The notes beneath the pieces were generated by a model. The model saw only the letters and a program-made list of their open reading frames with translations. It did no database searches and was not told where the DNA came from. Made by a program: the position numbers and the translations under genes. 64,000 bases of DNA from Scyliorhinus canicula (Eukaryota): the NCBI RefSeq assembly GCF_902713615.1, contig NC_052151.1, positions 118,764,123 to 118,828,122 of the forward strand, written 5' to 3'. Of this stretch, positions 34,967 through 47,800 are shown one piece after another (the first letter of the stretch is position 1; the number at the start of each line of letters is the position of its first letter).

Positions 34967-37900
34967 TCACTGGGTGAACAGAGTTGGATTGCGTTTCCTG
35001 TACAGGAACAAGGTGATCAATGAAGCAGAGATCAGAGAGACAGCTGTCACAGTCAGGGTCACGATCAGGACCACCTCAGACTCCACACCTACAAACCAAT
35101 GAGAAGCCAATGGTTAGTGAAGGAAACACTGAGGGGCAAATGGAAACCAGCAGTTAGCCAACTCACCACTTGGGGACCTCTCCTGCATCCTTCCCTCAAT
35201 CAGGGAGTCCGTTGCCAGGTTGGTCACATCAGTATCCAGAATGATCAGGGGTCCAAGTGAAGCCTCAGCCTCCCACTTCAATCCAACTTCATTCTCTGCA
35301 ATATCAAACATTCCAGTTAGCGAGGGGAAAGGGGAAACCTCAACCATCTAGGAGGACCAATATCCTACCAGCTTCAGCTACAAGATCTCTCCTTCCTCTG
35401 GATCCAAATCGCAGCTCCCTTGTGGCACAGTTACCCAAACGGCAACAGGCACAAATGTCAATGCTCGATTCCTCCAATGGGGTCCAGCTAAGCAAGACAA
35501 AAATCAGTCAACAAACTGTATTGTGCATCACTTCTTCACAAAAGCTCAGAAGAGCGCGAGAGCTTACATATTCTGCATCTTTTGGAAAGTACAAGCTTTG
35601 TTCCTGGAATCTCTCCGATCCACTGGAGCTACTTTCAGGTGACAGGTGATGAAAATCTGAGGGAAACATCAACACTGTTATTTAATGCCTCCCTCCCAAC
35701 ACAGACCCCAATGATCAGTTTCCTCTTACCAAGGAACGGTCATCTCCAAAGAAACGGAATGCATCCAGGTCAAACCGGAGCTTGTCCGTCTCCCGCTCGC
35801 CACTTGGCAACACAAAGGTTGAAAAGGAGTCCTCAGCTTGGCTGTCCAGGAGGCAACTGAAGATAGATTAAAAAGGGACATGAAGTGAATCAAGTGAAGC
35901 CAGTGAGAGGAGAGCAGCTGGAGAAAGCAGAGAGCTCCTTACCCATTGTAGTCAATGATGCTGTATCCCGGGGTAGAATCCTTGTCTTGGCTCAATGTGG
36001 CTACACAGCGGTCAATGTAGAGCTTCAGGGGCATGTGGTTGCTTATTGAAACAGAGGCCTCAATGTGAATGAGGTCACCCAGGTAGTAGACAGTGGAAGT
36101 GCGCTCTGTAAGCCAGTCACCTGAAGAACAAGAGGACAAGGTTTGGAGACAGTGGGTGTCACTCCCAGTGAGTGAAGACAGGAAATCACTCCCCATCACA
36201 TACCATTCATTAGGCGCAGAGAGAATAAAAGATGTCCTTCTCCAGACCTGGTGGAGCTGAATGGGATCCAGGTAGGCCTGATGGGGTTACTGCTCACATT
36301 GCCCTTCCTGGAAAGACAGCAGAGTCATTTTAGGACAACTTCAGAGAACACCAACAGCTGTGGATCTTATTGGGCATCCAATAAAGATTCTCACCTAAAG
36401 TAACGACACTCAATGGGAACTTCAGCTCCATTCGTTCTCACAATGACAGATCCATGATACTCTGGGCTGTGGGTCAGGTGGGTGGTGTAGATCAGGAAAT
36501 CTCCAGACATCTGAAAGACATCAGGTTAAGGAATGAAGAACTGATCTGAAATGAGAAAGTTCTACACAGGGGTTAACAATGAACTCACCCCATCCAATTA
36601 ATACAAGTCTCAAGGGGATTGACATGGTCAGTGCAAAGAGGCTGCTGAGCCCCAGCTGGTGTGTCTATGCAGTGGGATGTCAATCATTTAGGATAAAAAT
36701 GACAAAGAATTTCTTCATTTAGCAGTTCATGAATCATTTTAATTATCTATCCCAGAAAGCTGGGAACGCTCAATCACTGAGGATATTCAGGACAAATGGA
36801 ATCAGAAAGCAGCACAGTGGTGAAAGGGGTTAGCACAGCTGCATCACAGCACCAAGATCCCAGGTTTAATCCTGGCTCTGGGTCACTGTCTGTAGTGAGT
36901 TTGCACATTCTCCCTGTGTTTGAATGGATTTCACCCCCACAACCCAAAAGGGGCAGCACAGTAGTTAGCATAAATGCTTCACAGCTCCAGGGTCCCAGGT
37001 TCAGTTCCCGGCTGGGTCACTCTGTGCGGAGTCTGCACGTCCTCCCAGTGTGTGCGTGGGTTTCCTCCAGGTGCTCCGGTTTCCTCCCACAGTCAAAGAT
37101 GTGCGGGTTAGGTGGATTGGCCATGCTAAATTGCCCGTAGTGCCCTTGTGAGGTTAAGGGGGGGTTGTTGGGTTACAGGTATAGGGTGGATACGTGGGTT
37201 TGAGTAGGGTGATCATTGCTCGGCACAACATCGAGGGCCGAAGGGCCTGTTCTGTGCTGTACTGTTCTATTTTATTTTATGTGCAGGCTAGGTAGACTGG
37301 CCACATTATATTGCCCCTTAACTGGAACAAAAATTGCATTGTGGAAAATCCAGCCCTGGTCTTAATGAAGGAGGAACAGGCTGAAGGGGCTGTTCAGCCT
37401 CATCTTGTTATTAGTGTTGCTCAGCAACCTCCAGCCATTTATATAAAGAGATAATTAGCACAAGACCAGGATAAATTAACAGAGAATTGATTCAATAAAA
37501 GGACAGCTTCAGTTAACAGAAAAAGGAGCCACAAGTTAATAATATGGAGCCTGGAAATTGAACAGTTTCAATCCAGGGCCCCATTGATTCCAATGACTGG
37601 GAAAATGGGAAGTGTGGATTTTCTGTTTGGTCCAATCCATCAGAATTCCCATTCCATTCATTAACACCCAACCCAATTGGATTAAACTGGACTGAAACTT
37701 AACCCCCAGTTCAATTGATGTGAATGAGGGGGAAATAGAGCTGAAAATCAACAAGAGGAAAAGCTCAGAGGAACCAAAGGAAAGCTTCCAGACCAATGGG
37801 GTTGAAGAGACTCAGACCAGTGGAAGCAAAGAACAATCCAGAATAGAAAGCTAGTTTGGGGGTTTAAAGACATAGGAGACCAGTATCCTCAATATCAATG

Positions 37901-38377
37901 ACATCTCACCAAGTGTTGGAAGAAAGAATGCAGCCCAATCTCCAGCCTAAGCTTAGAGCCAGAGTTGAGGTTTGACATTACCTGCAATTTGCTGCCACAC
38001 TCATGGAGCCCATAGTCAAAGAGGACAGTGTGGTTCTGAGAGTAGATCCTGCTTGGCCGACAGCCTGCTGCCCCCAGGGTCAGGTCAGCAGCTTTAACCA
38101 GGTGCCTGGTTCCAAATAAATCCAGCTGGACCCTGACCAACAGCTTGTCCTCTGCACACTGCACCATCACAGTCCGCAGTGGAGACACACTTTGACCCTC
38201 AGACACACGGAAATGGGAACCAAAGGGAGGAAGAGGGACTCTCTGAGGCACAGAGGTGGCTTTGACTCTGCTCCATGGAAACCTCTGGCCTCGAAACTGT
38301 TGCCAAGTATCAGAGGAACAAACAACTCCAACTAACACCAGCACTGGGAACAAAGCTCTCACTCCAAAATCCCCCAT
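34967..38377 (-). CDS. ZP3: ZP3-like (ZPC) egg-coat glycoprotein, copy B; 9 exons, 459 aa, intact with TM helix
   Basis: Exons (minus): 38377-37982, 36510-36395, 36307-36204, 36120-35943, 35856-35730, 35656-35568, 35487-35369, 35295-35167, 35088-34967 (396/116/104/178/127/89/119/129/122 nt = 1380). Same motifs as copy A; ends [40 protein letters not shown]; AATAAA at 34952-34947. Confidence 0.93.
36951..37278 (+). mobile_element. HE1-like V-SINE with CR1-type tail, nested in an older SINE in ZP3-B intron 1
   Basis: V-core plus tail GGGCCGAAGGGCCTGTTCTGTGCTGTACTGTTCTAT; empty at A 15500/15501. Confidence 0.85.
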
Positions 38378-38420
38378 GATACCAAACAACTGAACCATCC
38401 CATCCACCAGGGAGCAGCAC

Positions 38421-38449
38421 CTTTTATACTCACAACCTGTACTCACCTG
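38421..38449 (-). promoter_or_regulatory. ZP3 copy B core promoter: TATA box plus E-box
   Basis: TATAAAAG 38428-38421; CAGGTG 38449-38444. Confidence 0.7.
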
Positions 38450-41400
38450 AACTCTTTTGAGGTCAATCAGCTAATTATACTAAAAGAAACAAACTCAGGG
38501 ACAAAATTTAAAAGGGGCCACTCCTGATAAGGGCACTGTCCAAACAATAATAATAATCTTTCTTATTGTCACAAGTAGGCTTACATTAACCTATTTAATG
38601 TAAGTTAATGAAGTTGCTGTGAAAATGCGCCAGTCGCCACACTCCGGCGCTTGTTCGGGTACACGGAGGGGGAATTCAGAATGTCCAAATTACCTATCCG
38701 CACATCTTTCAGCACCTGGAGGAAACCAACGCCGACACGGGACGAATGTGCAGACTCCGCACAGACAGTGACCCAAGCCGGGAACCGAACCTGGAAACGT
38801 GGTGCTGTGAAGCAACAGTGCGAACCACTGTGCTACCGTGACACCATGAAAAAAGACATTATCTTACAATTATCCCTTAAACAATGCTAATTAATACAGT
38901 GACACAATAACCCTTAACTGCTATCTTTATTTCCACTCAAACAACAAAACTATCTCAGGTCACAATCCATTTTTAAATACAGTGAGCACTCAGGAATGCT
39001 TGCTATATAGAGTTGTCTTGGATACTCCACTTTGTGAAAGAGAGATCTTTTGAGACTGTTTGAAAGAAAGAGACCTGACACCCTGTCAGAGTAATGCAGA
39101 ATCTCTGACTGTATTTCTTCAGAAACCTTCTCGGCTCAACTTCCAGCCAAAAGCTAACACTGAAAACCTTAACATCTGATTGCTTTAACCCCTGGCTCCC
39201 ATTAACTACATAATCTCACTAAGCTGAACACAGTGCCTCTAAATATCTACGCTCCAGGGAACCTTCTGAATAGAAAATAACATTCCATTAACCCAAACTT
39301 TTATGATGCTTTAATTGCACCTCTGGCTCCAAAAACCCAAGCTGACTTTCAAATGAGGATTCTTAAAAACATAACTGCAGTAGTCACACACGATCCCAGG
39401 CTTTTAACCCTTACTGCACCAAACATATATAATATATCTGAAATTCCTACATTCTTCATACTCCACACAACTGAGGTCCCCTCTATTCCGAAGTAGGGAC
39501 AAAATGTATGTTAGCTAACTTTACTGATGGCACCAAGATAGGTACCATCCTGGTAAACTTACCAGTGTCTTCGTATCCTTCCAAAAATGTGTTGACCAGA
39601 ATATCTTACAATACTCCTGAAGCCTAACCGGTGAATTGTGAAGATTTTGCATGATTGCCTTGTTTTTGTACTCAATGCCCCTGTTTACAGAGTTAAGTAT
39701 GTTTTCTGAGTCTTGTTAGGCTGGGATTTCTTAGAGCAGAGAAGGCTGAGAGTGGACGTGGTTGAGATGAACACAATTATGAAGCACAGAAGGTAGATAG
39801 GAAGAAGCCTTTCCCCTCAGTAGAGTCCAACCAGGGGCATAGATTTATGGATCAGGATATTTGGAGGGGATTTGAGGAAAAATCTTTTGATCCAGAGGAT
39901 GTTGTGATTGTGGATCTTACTGACTGAAAGGGTGATAGAGGCGAGAACACTCAACATTTAAGAAGCATTCAGATGAGCCATAGTGTACAAGGCTAAGGAC
40001 CAAGTACTGGAAGATGGGATTAGAATAGATTGGTGCTTGAATGTGCTTGATGGCCATCACTGTCATGAAGGGCCGAAGGGCCTTTTTCTTTGCTGTAAAA
40101 CTCTATGACTCAATGAATAAGAGTGTCAGTGACCTTCCTTACAAAACTAGTGATAGCAAATTGTGAGATGTTACAAAAACCTCCATCTCCAATCTGGAAG
40201 GAGCTGACACGGGTTCATGGCCACAGACACCTTCACAGCCTCTGGCCCTGCTCTGTGGCTGCAGTTGCGGCTGGTGCAGGTGGCAGGTTTCAGTGAGAAC
40301 ATTCTTAATGAAATGCAGATGTCATGCGCACTGTTTCTGAGGTTTAGGTAGGAGAATACTCCTTGAAAATCTCGAATGGAAATTTGCCCCAACCATTCTC
40401 GGCAATTTTGACAAAAAAGTCTTCCCATGTTCCTAGTAGGGACAAAATGAATGTTAGCTAACTTTACTGATGATACCAAGATAGGAAGGAAAGTAAGTTG
40501 TCAAGATGAGGTAGAGAGTTTGTAAAGGGATATAGGCCGGTTGGATGCGTGGGTAAAACAATTGGCAGATGGAGTGTAATGTGGTAAAATGTGAACTTGT
40601 CCAGTTTGGCAGGAATAGTAATAAAATCTTCATTGTCACACGCAAGGTTACATAAACAGTGCAATGAAGTTACTGTGAAAATCCCCTAGTCGCCACATTC
40701 CGGCACCTGTTCGGGTACACTGAGGGAGAATTCAGAATGTCCAAATCACATATCAAGCACATCATTCAGGACTTGTGAGAGGAAACCGGAGCACCCGGAG
40801 GAAACCTACGAAGACACTGGGAGAACATGCAGACCCCGCACAGACAGTGACAGACAGGTCAGAAGTGGAGATGTCTGTTGGTGATTTCACAATGTTCAAC
40901 TCCATTTGTGACTCCTCAGATAATGAAACAGTCCATGTCCAAATGCAAAAAGACCTGGAAAATATCCAGGGTTGGAGTGACAAGTGGCAAGTAACATTCA
41001 TGCCACACAAGTGCCAGGAAGTGACCATCCCCAATAAGAGAGATTCTAACCATTGCCCATGACATTCAATGGAACCACGGTCCACAAGGCACAAGTTGAG
41101 AATGTGATGGAATGCTTTCCCCTTACCTGGATGAATGCAGCTCCAACGACAGTCAAGAAGCTTGACACCATCAAGGACAAAGCAGCCTGCATGATTGGCA
41201 TCCCTTCCACAAATATTCACTCCTTCCACCACCGATGCACAGTAACAGTGGTGTGTACCATCTACAAGATGAACTGCAGGAACTCACCATGGCATCTTAG
41301 ATTGCAGCTTCCAAACCCAAGACCACTACCATCTAAAAGGACAAGGGCAGCAGTAACCTGGGAACATCACCACTTGGAAGTCCCCCCTCCAAGTCACTCA

Positions 41401-41647
41401 CCGTTCTGACTTGGAAAGATATCGCCGTTCCTTCACTGTAACTGGGGCAAAATCCTGGAACTCCCTCCCTAATAGTACAGTGTGTGCACCTACTCCTTAT
41501 GGGCTGCAGCAGTGCAAGAAGACAGCTTGCCACTACCCTCACAAGGACAATTAGGGATGGCAATAATTGCTGGCTAGCGATGCCCACATCCTGTGAATTA
41601 ATTATTTAAAAATTGGTTATTTTGGTTTTTGGTTCCCCCACAGGGAT

Positions 41648-41847
41648 TGTAACATTGGACAACCAGGAGCCCCCTGCATAGGAGCATGAGGAGCATGTAC
41701 AGGGCTCCTCCCCCTTCAGGAAGTATAGGTGCTGCGGTCCTGCGAGTCCGTCCTCAGTTCAGCACAGTCGCAGGCAGGCTCAGTTGTAAGCCGATTAAAG
41801 CCAGTTTATTCCAACTCATGTCTCAGAGTGAATTGATGGTCGCATCA
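41648..41847 (+). mobile_element. LTR-like fragment related to the 23211-23491 Gypsy LTR
   Basis: Shares GATTAAAGCC and GAATTGATGGT..CATCA 3' end; mostly replaced by other sequence in A (~2170-2220); left end uncertain. Confidence 0.55.
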
Positions 41848-43600
41848 CTACACTTTCCATCACGTGTTTTGTGCTGTTTGATCATGGCAACTGGTGAATG
41901 TGCTGGGCTCATTTTACTCGGGCAAAGATGTCCCTGTTGATGATGCCAGAATGGAGCTGACTTGGTGATAAGTGATATTGACGTGCAACATTATTTCTAT
42001 GTTCAATTCCCATTCTGGCTCTGTTCTCAGTCTCCAATGCTCTTCCAATGAAGCTCCAAAGAAACCTGAGAATAGCGCCCCATGAGCATTTACCATCTGG
42101 ACTCAATAAGGAGTTCAACATTTTGAGATCACAATTATTGCTCGTTTTTTGGATAGCAGGAGCTGGTAATAATCGTGCTGTTGCAATTTACAGCTCCTCT
42201 CGACCCATCTTTTGTTTCTTATCCAATTCCGGTCCCCTTTCAACTTGTATTATTGACCCTTTTATCATTTTAGTCACTTCTGCCTTCTAACCTATCACAG
42301 ACTTTTGTTCTGTTCTCCCCTCCTCTCCCCAGCACCTTAAAACTTGTTATATTCCTAATGTCTTCCAATTCCCAACAAAAGGTTACCAACCTGAAACATT
42401 GACTACGGGAGCAATTCTCCCAAAACATTTCTAAGTGTGTCTCTGGTGGGAACCGAGGTCAATTCCTGCCGGGTGGTTTGGCGCAATGCAGATCGCAATC
42501 TACGTACAATTAGAATGTTGTTTGGAGGTTGGGGTGAGCTGCACCCTGATTGGGGGGCGCAGAGCTGAAGACGGCGGCAGGTCCGGCTCCTCCGAGATCG
42601 GGGCACAATTCTTCAAGGAAGATCTGATCTCAGACAAACGCTCAGCCCCCCACACCGCCCCATTGCCAGTACCAGCACCCCCCCAGGTGAGTGACAGCTC
42701 GCTATGGGGATGGCAAAATGCACCACCCCGTGTTAGAACTGCCAAGGTGCCAGGGCACTGCACTGCCATGTTTCTGACCAGCTGAGGGCTACAATGGTCT
42801 CTGAACCCACCCTCATCTGCGTGGTCATCACTTCATTTTTTTAAATTACTTTTACTGAGTTATAAAGTGAGGGCTCAGACTGTGGACAGGGGCGAACCCC
42901 AAATCCAACTCCTTGCCTGCTCCAAAAACCAATTCAAATTCAAATTGAATCCAATTCATGGTCCCCACAAGTGAGACAAACCAGATCTGAGCCACAAGGC
43001 AGAGCAGATGCTGCTCTTGATCTTGGCCAAAAGGCCGAGAAGCGATATCACTTCTAATCTCCATCAGTCTGGCTACACATTGCACCGGCGGGTGGGAGAA
43101 TTCCAGGAACCAGGAGAATCCGGCTTAAAACAGAACCTGCAGATTTAAATAAGGGTGTTGGGCACGAACCTGATCACGGCATCTGGAGCGGTCAAGGAGC
43201 ATCGGAAATTGATTGACACCCGGCGCAAATCCCTTTTCAGGCCTCTCCCGGGATTTTCCCGACTTTGCAGAATTTGCGCTGGGCGCAATGCGCCTGGAGA
43301 ATCGCCCCGCTGTTTCTCTACCGGTGCTGCCCAAATATTTCCAGAAGTTTCTGTTCATGTTGTACCTTTAAGAACTGAACTTGTTCATCATTACTGACTT
43401 AACTAAATACAAATAACAAACTGATGCTTGAGCAAGATTTCTTTACATGTGCCAGGCATAGGTTGCTGTAAGCACATTGAATCTTGTGGAAGTTATAATT
43501 TGCCTTTTGTAATATTTTCACTACATGGTCATGCAGAAACTTAAACTGCATTTTGTCTCCAGCACAAGTCTGTTTAATGCCGTATGTTCATGTTTTTCAG

Positions 43601-44302
43601 AACGATGCCTGTTTAGTGCCTATTGATGACCCAAAGGCCACCAGTGCCACAGAGGAAATAAATACTGTGACTAGTTCTATTACGGTGCAGGAGTACTTTG
43701 CCAACAGGATGGCTCAACTGAAAAAATCAAAAACAGGGCATGAGATCGATCGAAGCAGTGCTGTTCAGGAACTCGAGGGAGATGATTTGAATTTATTCGA
43801 AGAAGTAAAAATTAAATCCCAATAAAGTAAAAACGCTGCAGAGGAGATGCTGACAGGATTTGTTGAATCAGAAGATGTTCAGGTTGAACAGTACTCGGCA
43901 GTAAATGAGTCATCAGAGAAGCAAAATGAGCAGGATTGGGACGACGATCAGAAGAAACGAAAGAAGGCTAAGAAGAAAGCAACAGCCACGGGTGAAGATG
44001 ATGTTTCTCAATCCTGTCATTCAATAGAAAGGAGGAGGAAAAAGAAAGAAAAGAAATAGAAGATTTGGGACATGCCGAAATTGTTGGTCACATTTTTACT
44101 TGAAAACTATCCAAATGACTTATTTTATTAGTAACTACAGAGTACTTAAATTGTTCCTCTACATTAAGGGCATTGTAGCCTTACAGCAACTGTTGGAATT
44201 AAATTTAAGCAGTGAGCTTGGTAATGGAGGATGGAATACTTGAAATAAGGAAAGTGATTGAAAGCATGTTAAAACAATTTTCTTATAAATGCTCAAAATA
44301 AA
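43601..44302 (+). pseudogene. PINX1: Orphan terminal exon of PINX1, unit C
   Basis: Same acceptor and TVQEYFANRMAQLKK motif; in-frame stop at 43823-43825; ~180-bp deletion relative to B; ends RRRKKKEKK* at 44059; AATAAA 44297-44302. Confidence 0.75.
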
Positions 44303-44856
44303 ATGAGTATGTTTATTTGTGGGTATTGACAATAGAGGCTACGATCAAACGGCTTTGGCGTGCCCGACTCGGTGACGTGACAAGGCCATTAAACCTGGGA
44401 AGAGGCCTCTCGCTAGATTTGCGACGCTCGGAACGCCTCGCGAGATCTCGTCAGACGTCACAATCTGGATCTCGCCCTCACTGGGCAGCATCCGGATATA
44501 CATCTCAAATGATCCATTTGGCTCATTTAAATATGGCGGGGCCCAAGTCCCCCGAGGTCCGGGAACTGGCAGCCTGGCCTGGGAGACGTCGCCATGGCGC
44601 CGTTTAGCACTGGTTCACAGAAACGGGGCCCAGGCGTAATGGCACCTGGGGGAGGGGGGTGTTCGCAGGCGATTGGAGACTCATGGGTGGTCGGCGACAG
44701 GGCAGGATGGCACCCTGGCTCTCCCTCTGGCACCCAGACAAATATGCAGTGCCAGGGCACTCAGGTGCCAGGGTGGCACTGCCAGCGTCAGCACCTGAGG
44801 GGGGGCATGCCCATGAAAGGATGGGTGTATGAAGGGCGGGTATGAATAGATCGCCT

Positions 44857-47800
44857 GACTTCCGGTTGCGGCTATGCGGGAGCATTCGGCAGCTCCCACC
44901 AGGAATGGACCTTTGGGCTCTTTTAAGGGCCCCCAGCGGTACTTGCTCGACGGTTCCCGACGTGGGAAGGTGTCTGCAGCGGATCCCCAGTGGTCTATGG
45001 TCTTGACCAGGAGAGGGGCCAGCAAAATAGCGGCGGCAGCGCCTAAGAAAATGTGGGGGAAGAGAATCAAGATGGCGGCCGGCAGAGGCCTCGAGGAATG
45101 GAGGCAGTGGGCGCAGATGCAGCTGGAGACTCTCCAGCGATGTTTTCAGGAGCTGTTAGACTCTCTGAAGGCGAATGCGGACAAGATGCTGGCGACGCAG
45201 GCAGCCCAGGGGGTGCAGATCCGGGAGCTCCGACAACAAGCCTCCGAAAGAGAGGATGAGGCCGCGGCCCTCGCGGTAAATTTGGAGATGCGCGAGGCGC
45301 TCCATAAGAAGTGGCAGAAGCGGTTCGAGGAGATGGAGATCCGGTCGAGGCGGAAATATTTGCGGATCCTGGGCCTCACTGAGGGGCTGGAGGGGTCAGA
45401 CCTGGGGGCCTATGTGGTCGTTTTGTTGAACTCGCTGATGGGAGCTGGGTCCTTCCAGGGGCCCCTGGAGCTGGAGGGGGCCCATAGAATACTGGCCAGG
45501 AGGCCCAAGCCGAATGAGCCGCCACGGGCGGTGCTGGTGCGGTTCCACCTGTTCGTTGACCGAGAGTGCGTGCTTAGGTGGGCCAAGAAGGAGCGGAGTA
45601 GCAAGTGGGAGAACACGGTAGTGCGGATCTACCAGGACTGGAGTGCGGAGGGCCGGGTAAAACCGGACGAAGGCGGTGGTCCACAGAAAGAGTGTGAAGT
45701 TTGGCATGTTACAGCCGGCGCGTCTGTGGGTCACTTTCAAGGACCGGCACTTTTATTTTGAGTCCCCGGAGGAGGCGTGGGCCTTTGTGCAGGCTGAGAA
45801 GTTGGACTCTGACTGAGGGTCGGGGGTTTGTAAATAACTGTGTTAACTTTTGGTCGGAAGGGTCTCTGTATTATGCTGTTTTATACTGTTTTATGCTGTT
45901 TTAAGCTGGTTGTGTGTTGGTTCTTTGGCGGGTGGGGTGCTGTCTTTTTTGTGGGGGCGGGGTCGGGCAGAGGGAAAGCACGGGCTCTTCTTCTGTTTCC
46001 CGCGCTGAGGGTGGTTGGGGGCGGGGTCAGAGCTGAGAAGCGCGGGCTTTTTTCCCGCGCGAGAGCTGGAGGGGGAGGAGGAGGGTCTGCTGATGGGTCT
46101 GGGGGAGGAGGAGTAGCCCCACGTTGGGAGGGGCCGGAGGTGTGGCGGGAGTCGCCGGGGTCAGCTGAAGTTAGCTGGCTCACGGGAGTGCTACGGAGGG
46201 AGTAACGCTGCTGGGAGGGGTCCTAGACTGGGGGGCGGGAGGGGGGGGAAGGGGGGGTACCAGGTTGCTGCTGAAATGGCCAGGAAGGAGCTGGAGTATG
46301 CCGGGGGGGCCGGGGTGAGGGTTTGCTGCCGTGGGGAACGGGCCGAGCGGGGGGCACTGGCCTGGGGCGGGCAGGGGACGGGTTATGGCTAGTCGGCAGG
46401 GGAGGGGGGCAGGGAGCCCTCTGATCCGGCTGATAACTTGGAATGTGAGGGGGCTGAATGGGCCGGTCAAACGGGCCCGGGTGTTTACGCACCTGAAGGG
46501 GCTGAAGGCGGACATGGCTATGCTCCAGGAGGCGCACCTGAAGGTGGCGGATCAGGTTCGATTGAGGAAGGGCTGGGTAGGCCAGGTGTTTCATTCAGGG
46601 CTGGATGCAAAAAATCGGGGGGGGTGGCGATTCTGATCGGAAAAAGGGTGTAATTTGAGGCGTCAAAGGTGGTGGCTGACAGTTGAGGGAGGTATGTGAT
46701 GGTGAGCGGCAAGTTGCAAGGGGAGCGTGTGGTGCTGGTGAATGTCTATGCCCCAAATTGGGACGATACGGGTTTTATGCGGCGCATGCTGGGCCGCATT
46801 CCGGATCTAGAGACGGGGGGCCTGATATTGGGGGGGGATCCCCATTGGATCGATCCATGTCCAGGACGGGCAGGAGGTCCGCGGCGGCTAAGGTGTTGAG
46901 GGGGTTTATGGACCAGATGGGAGGGGTGGATCCTTGGAGGTTCGCTAGGCCGAGGGCCAGGGAGTATTCATTTTTTTCCCACGTGCATGAAGCCTATTCC
47001 CAGATCGATTTTTTTTGTCCTGAGCAGGGGGCTGATTTTGAGGGTGGAGGATGCCGAGTATTCGGCCATAGTCATTTTGGACCATGCCCCGCACTGGGTG
47101 AGCTGGGGGAGGAGAGGGACCAGCGCCCGCTCCGGCGCCTGGAGGTGGGGCTGCTGGCGGATGAGAAGGTGGGCGGGAGGGTTCGGGGGTGTATCAAGAG
47201 GTACTTAGAGGCCAATGATAATGGGGAGGTCCGGCTGGGGACGGTTTGGGAGGCATTGAAGGCGGTGATTAGAGGGGAGTTGATTTCCATCCGAGACCAT
47301 AGGGAGAGGGGAGAGCAAAGAGAGAGGGAGAGGTTGGTGGGGGAGATGGTGAGGGTCGACAGGAGGTACGCAGAGGCTCCGGAGGAGGGATTGCTGAGGG
47401 AGCGGCGTAACCTTCAGGCCAAGTTCGACTTGCTGACCACCGGAAAGGCGGAAGCTCAGTGGAGGAATGCACAGGGAGCGGTGTACGAATATGGGGAGAA
47501 GGCGAGTAGGATGCTGGCGCACCAGCTACATAAGCGAGAGGCGGCCAGGGAGATTGGTGGAGTGACGGATAGGGGAGGCAATGTGGTGCGAAGGGGGGTA
47601 GACATTAATGGGGTCTTCAGGGACTTTTATGGGGTATTTTACCGGTCCGAGCCCACGGTGGACCTTTTTGGATAGGCTGAGATTTCCGAAGGTGGAGGAG
47701 GGACAGGTGGAGGGGCTGGGGCTGCCGATTGAGCTGGAGGAGCTGGTCAAAGGGATAGGCAGCATGCAGTCGGGGAAGGCGCCGGGGCCGGATGGGTTTC

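Larger units (their letters stand above)
18041..39581. repeat. Tandem segmental duplication unit B
   Basis: 18041 resumes at the equivalent of ~1428/40940; colinear with A and C. Confidence 0.9.
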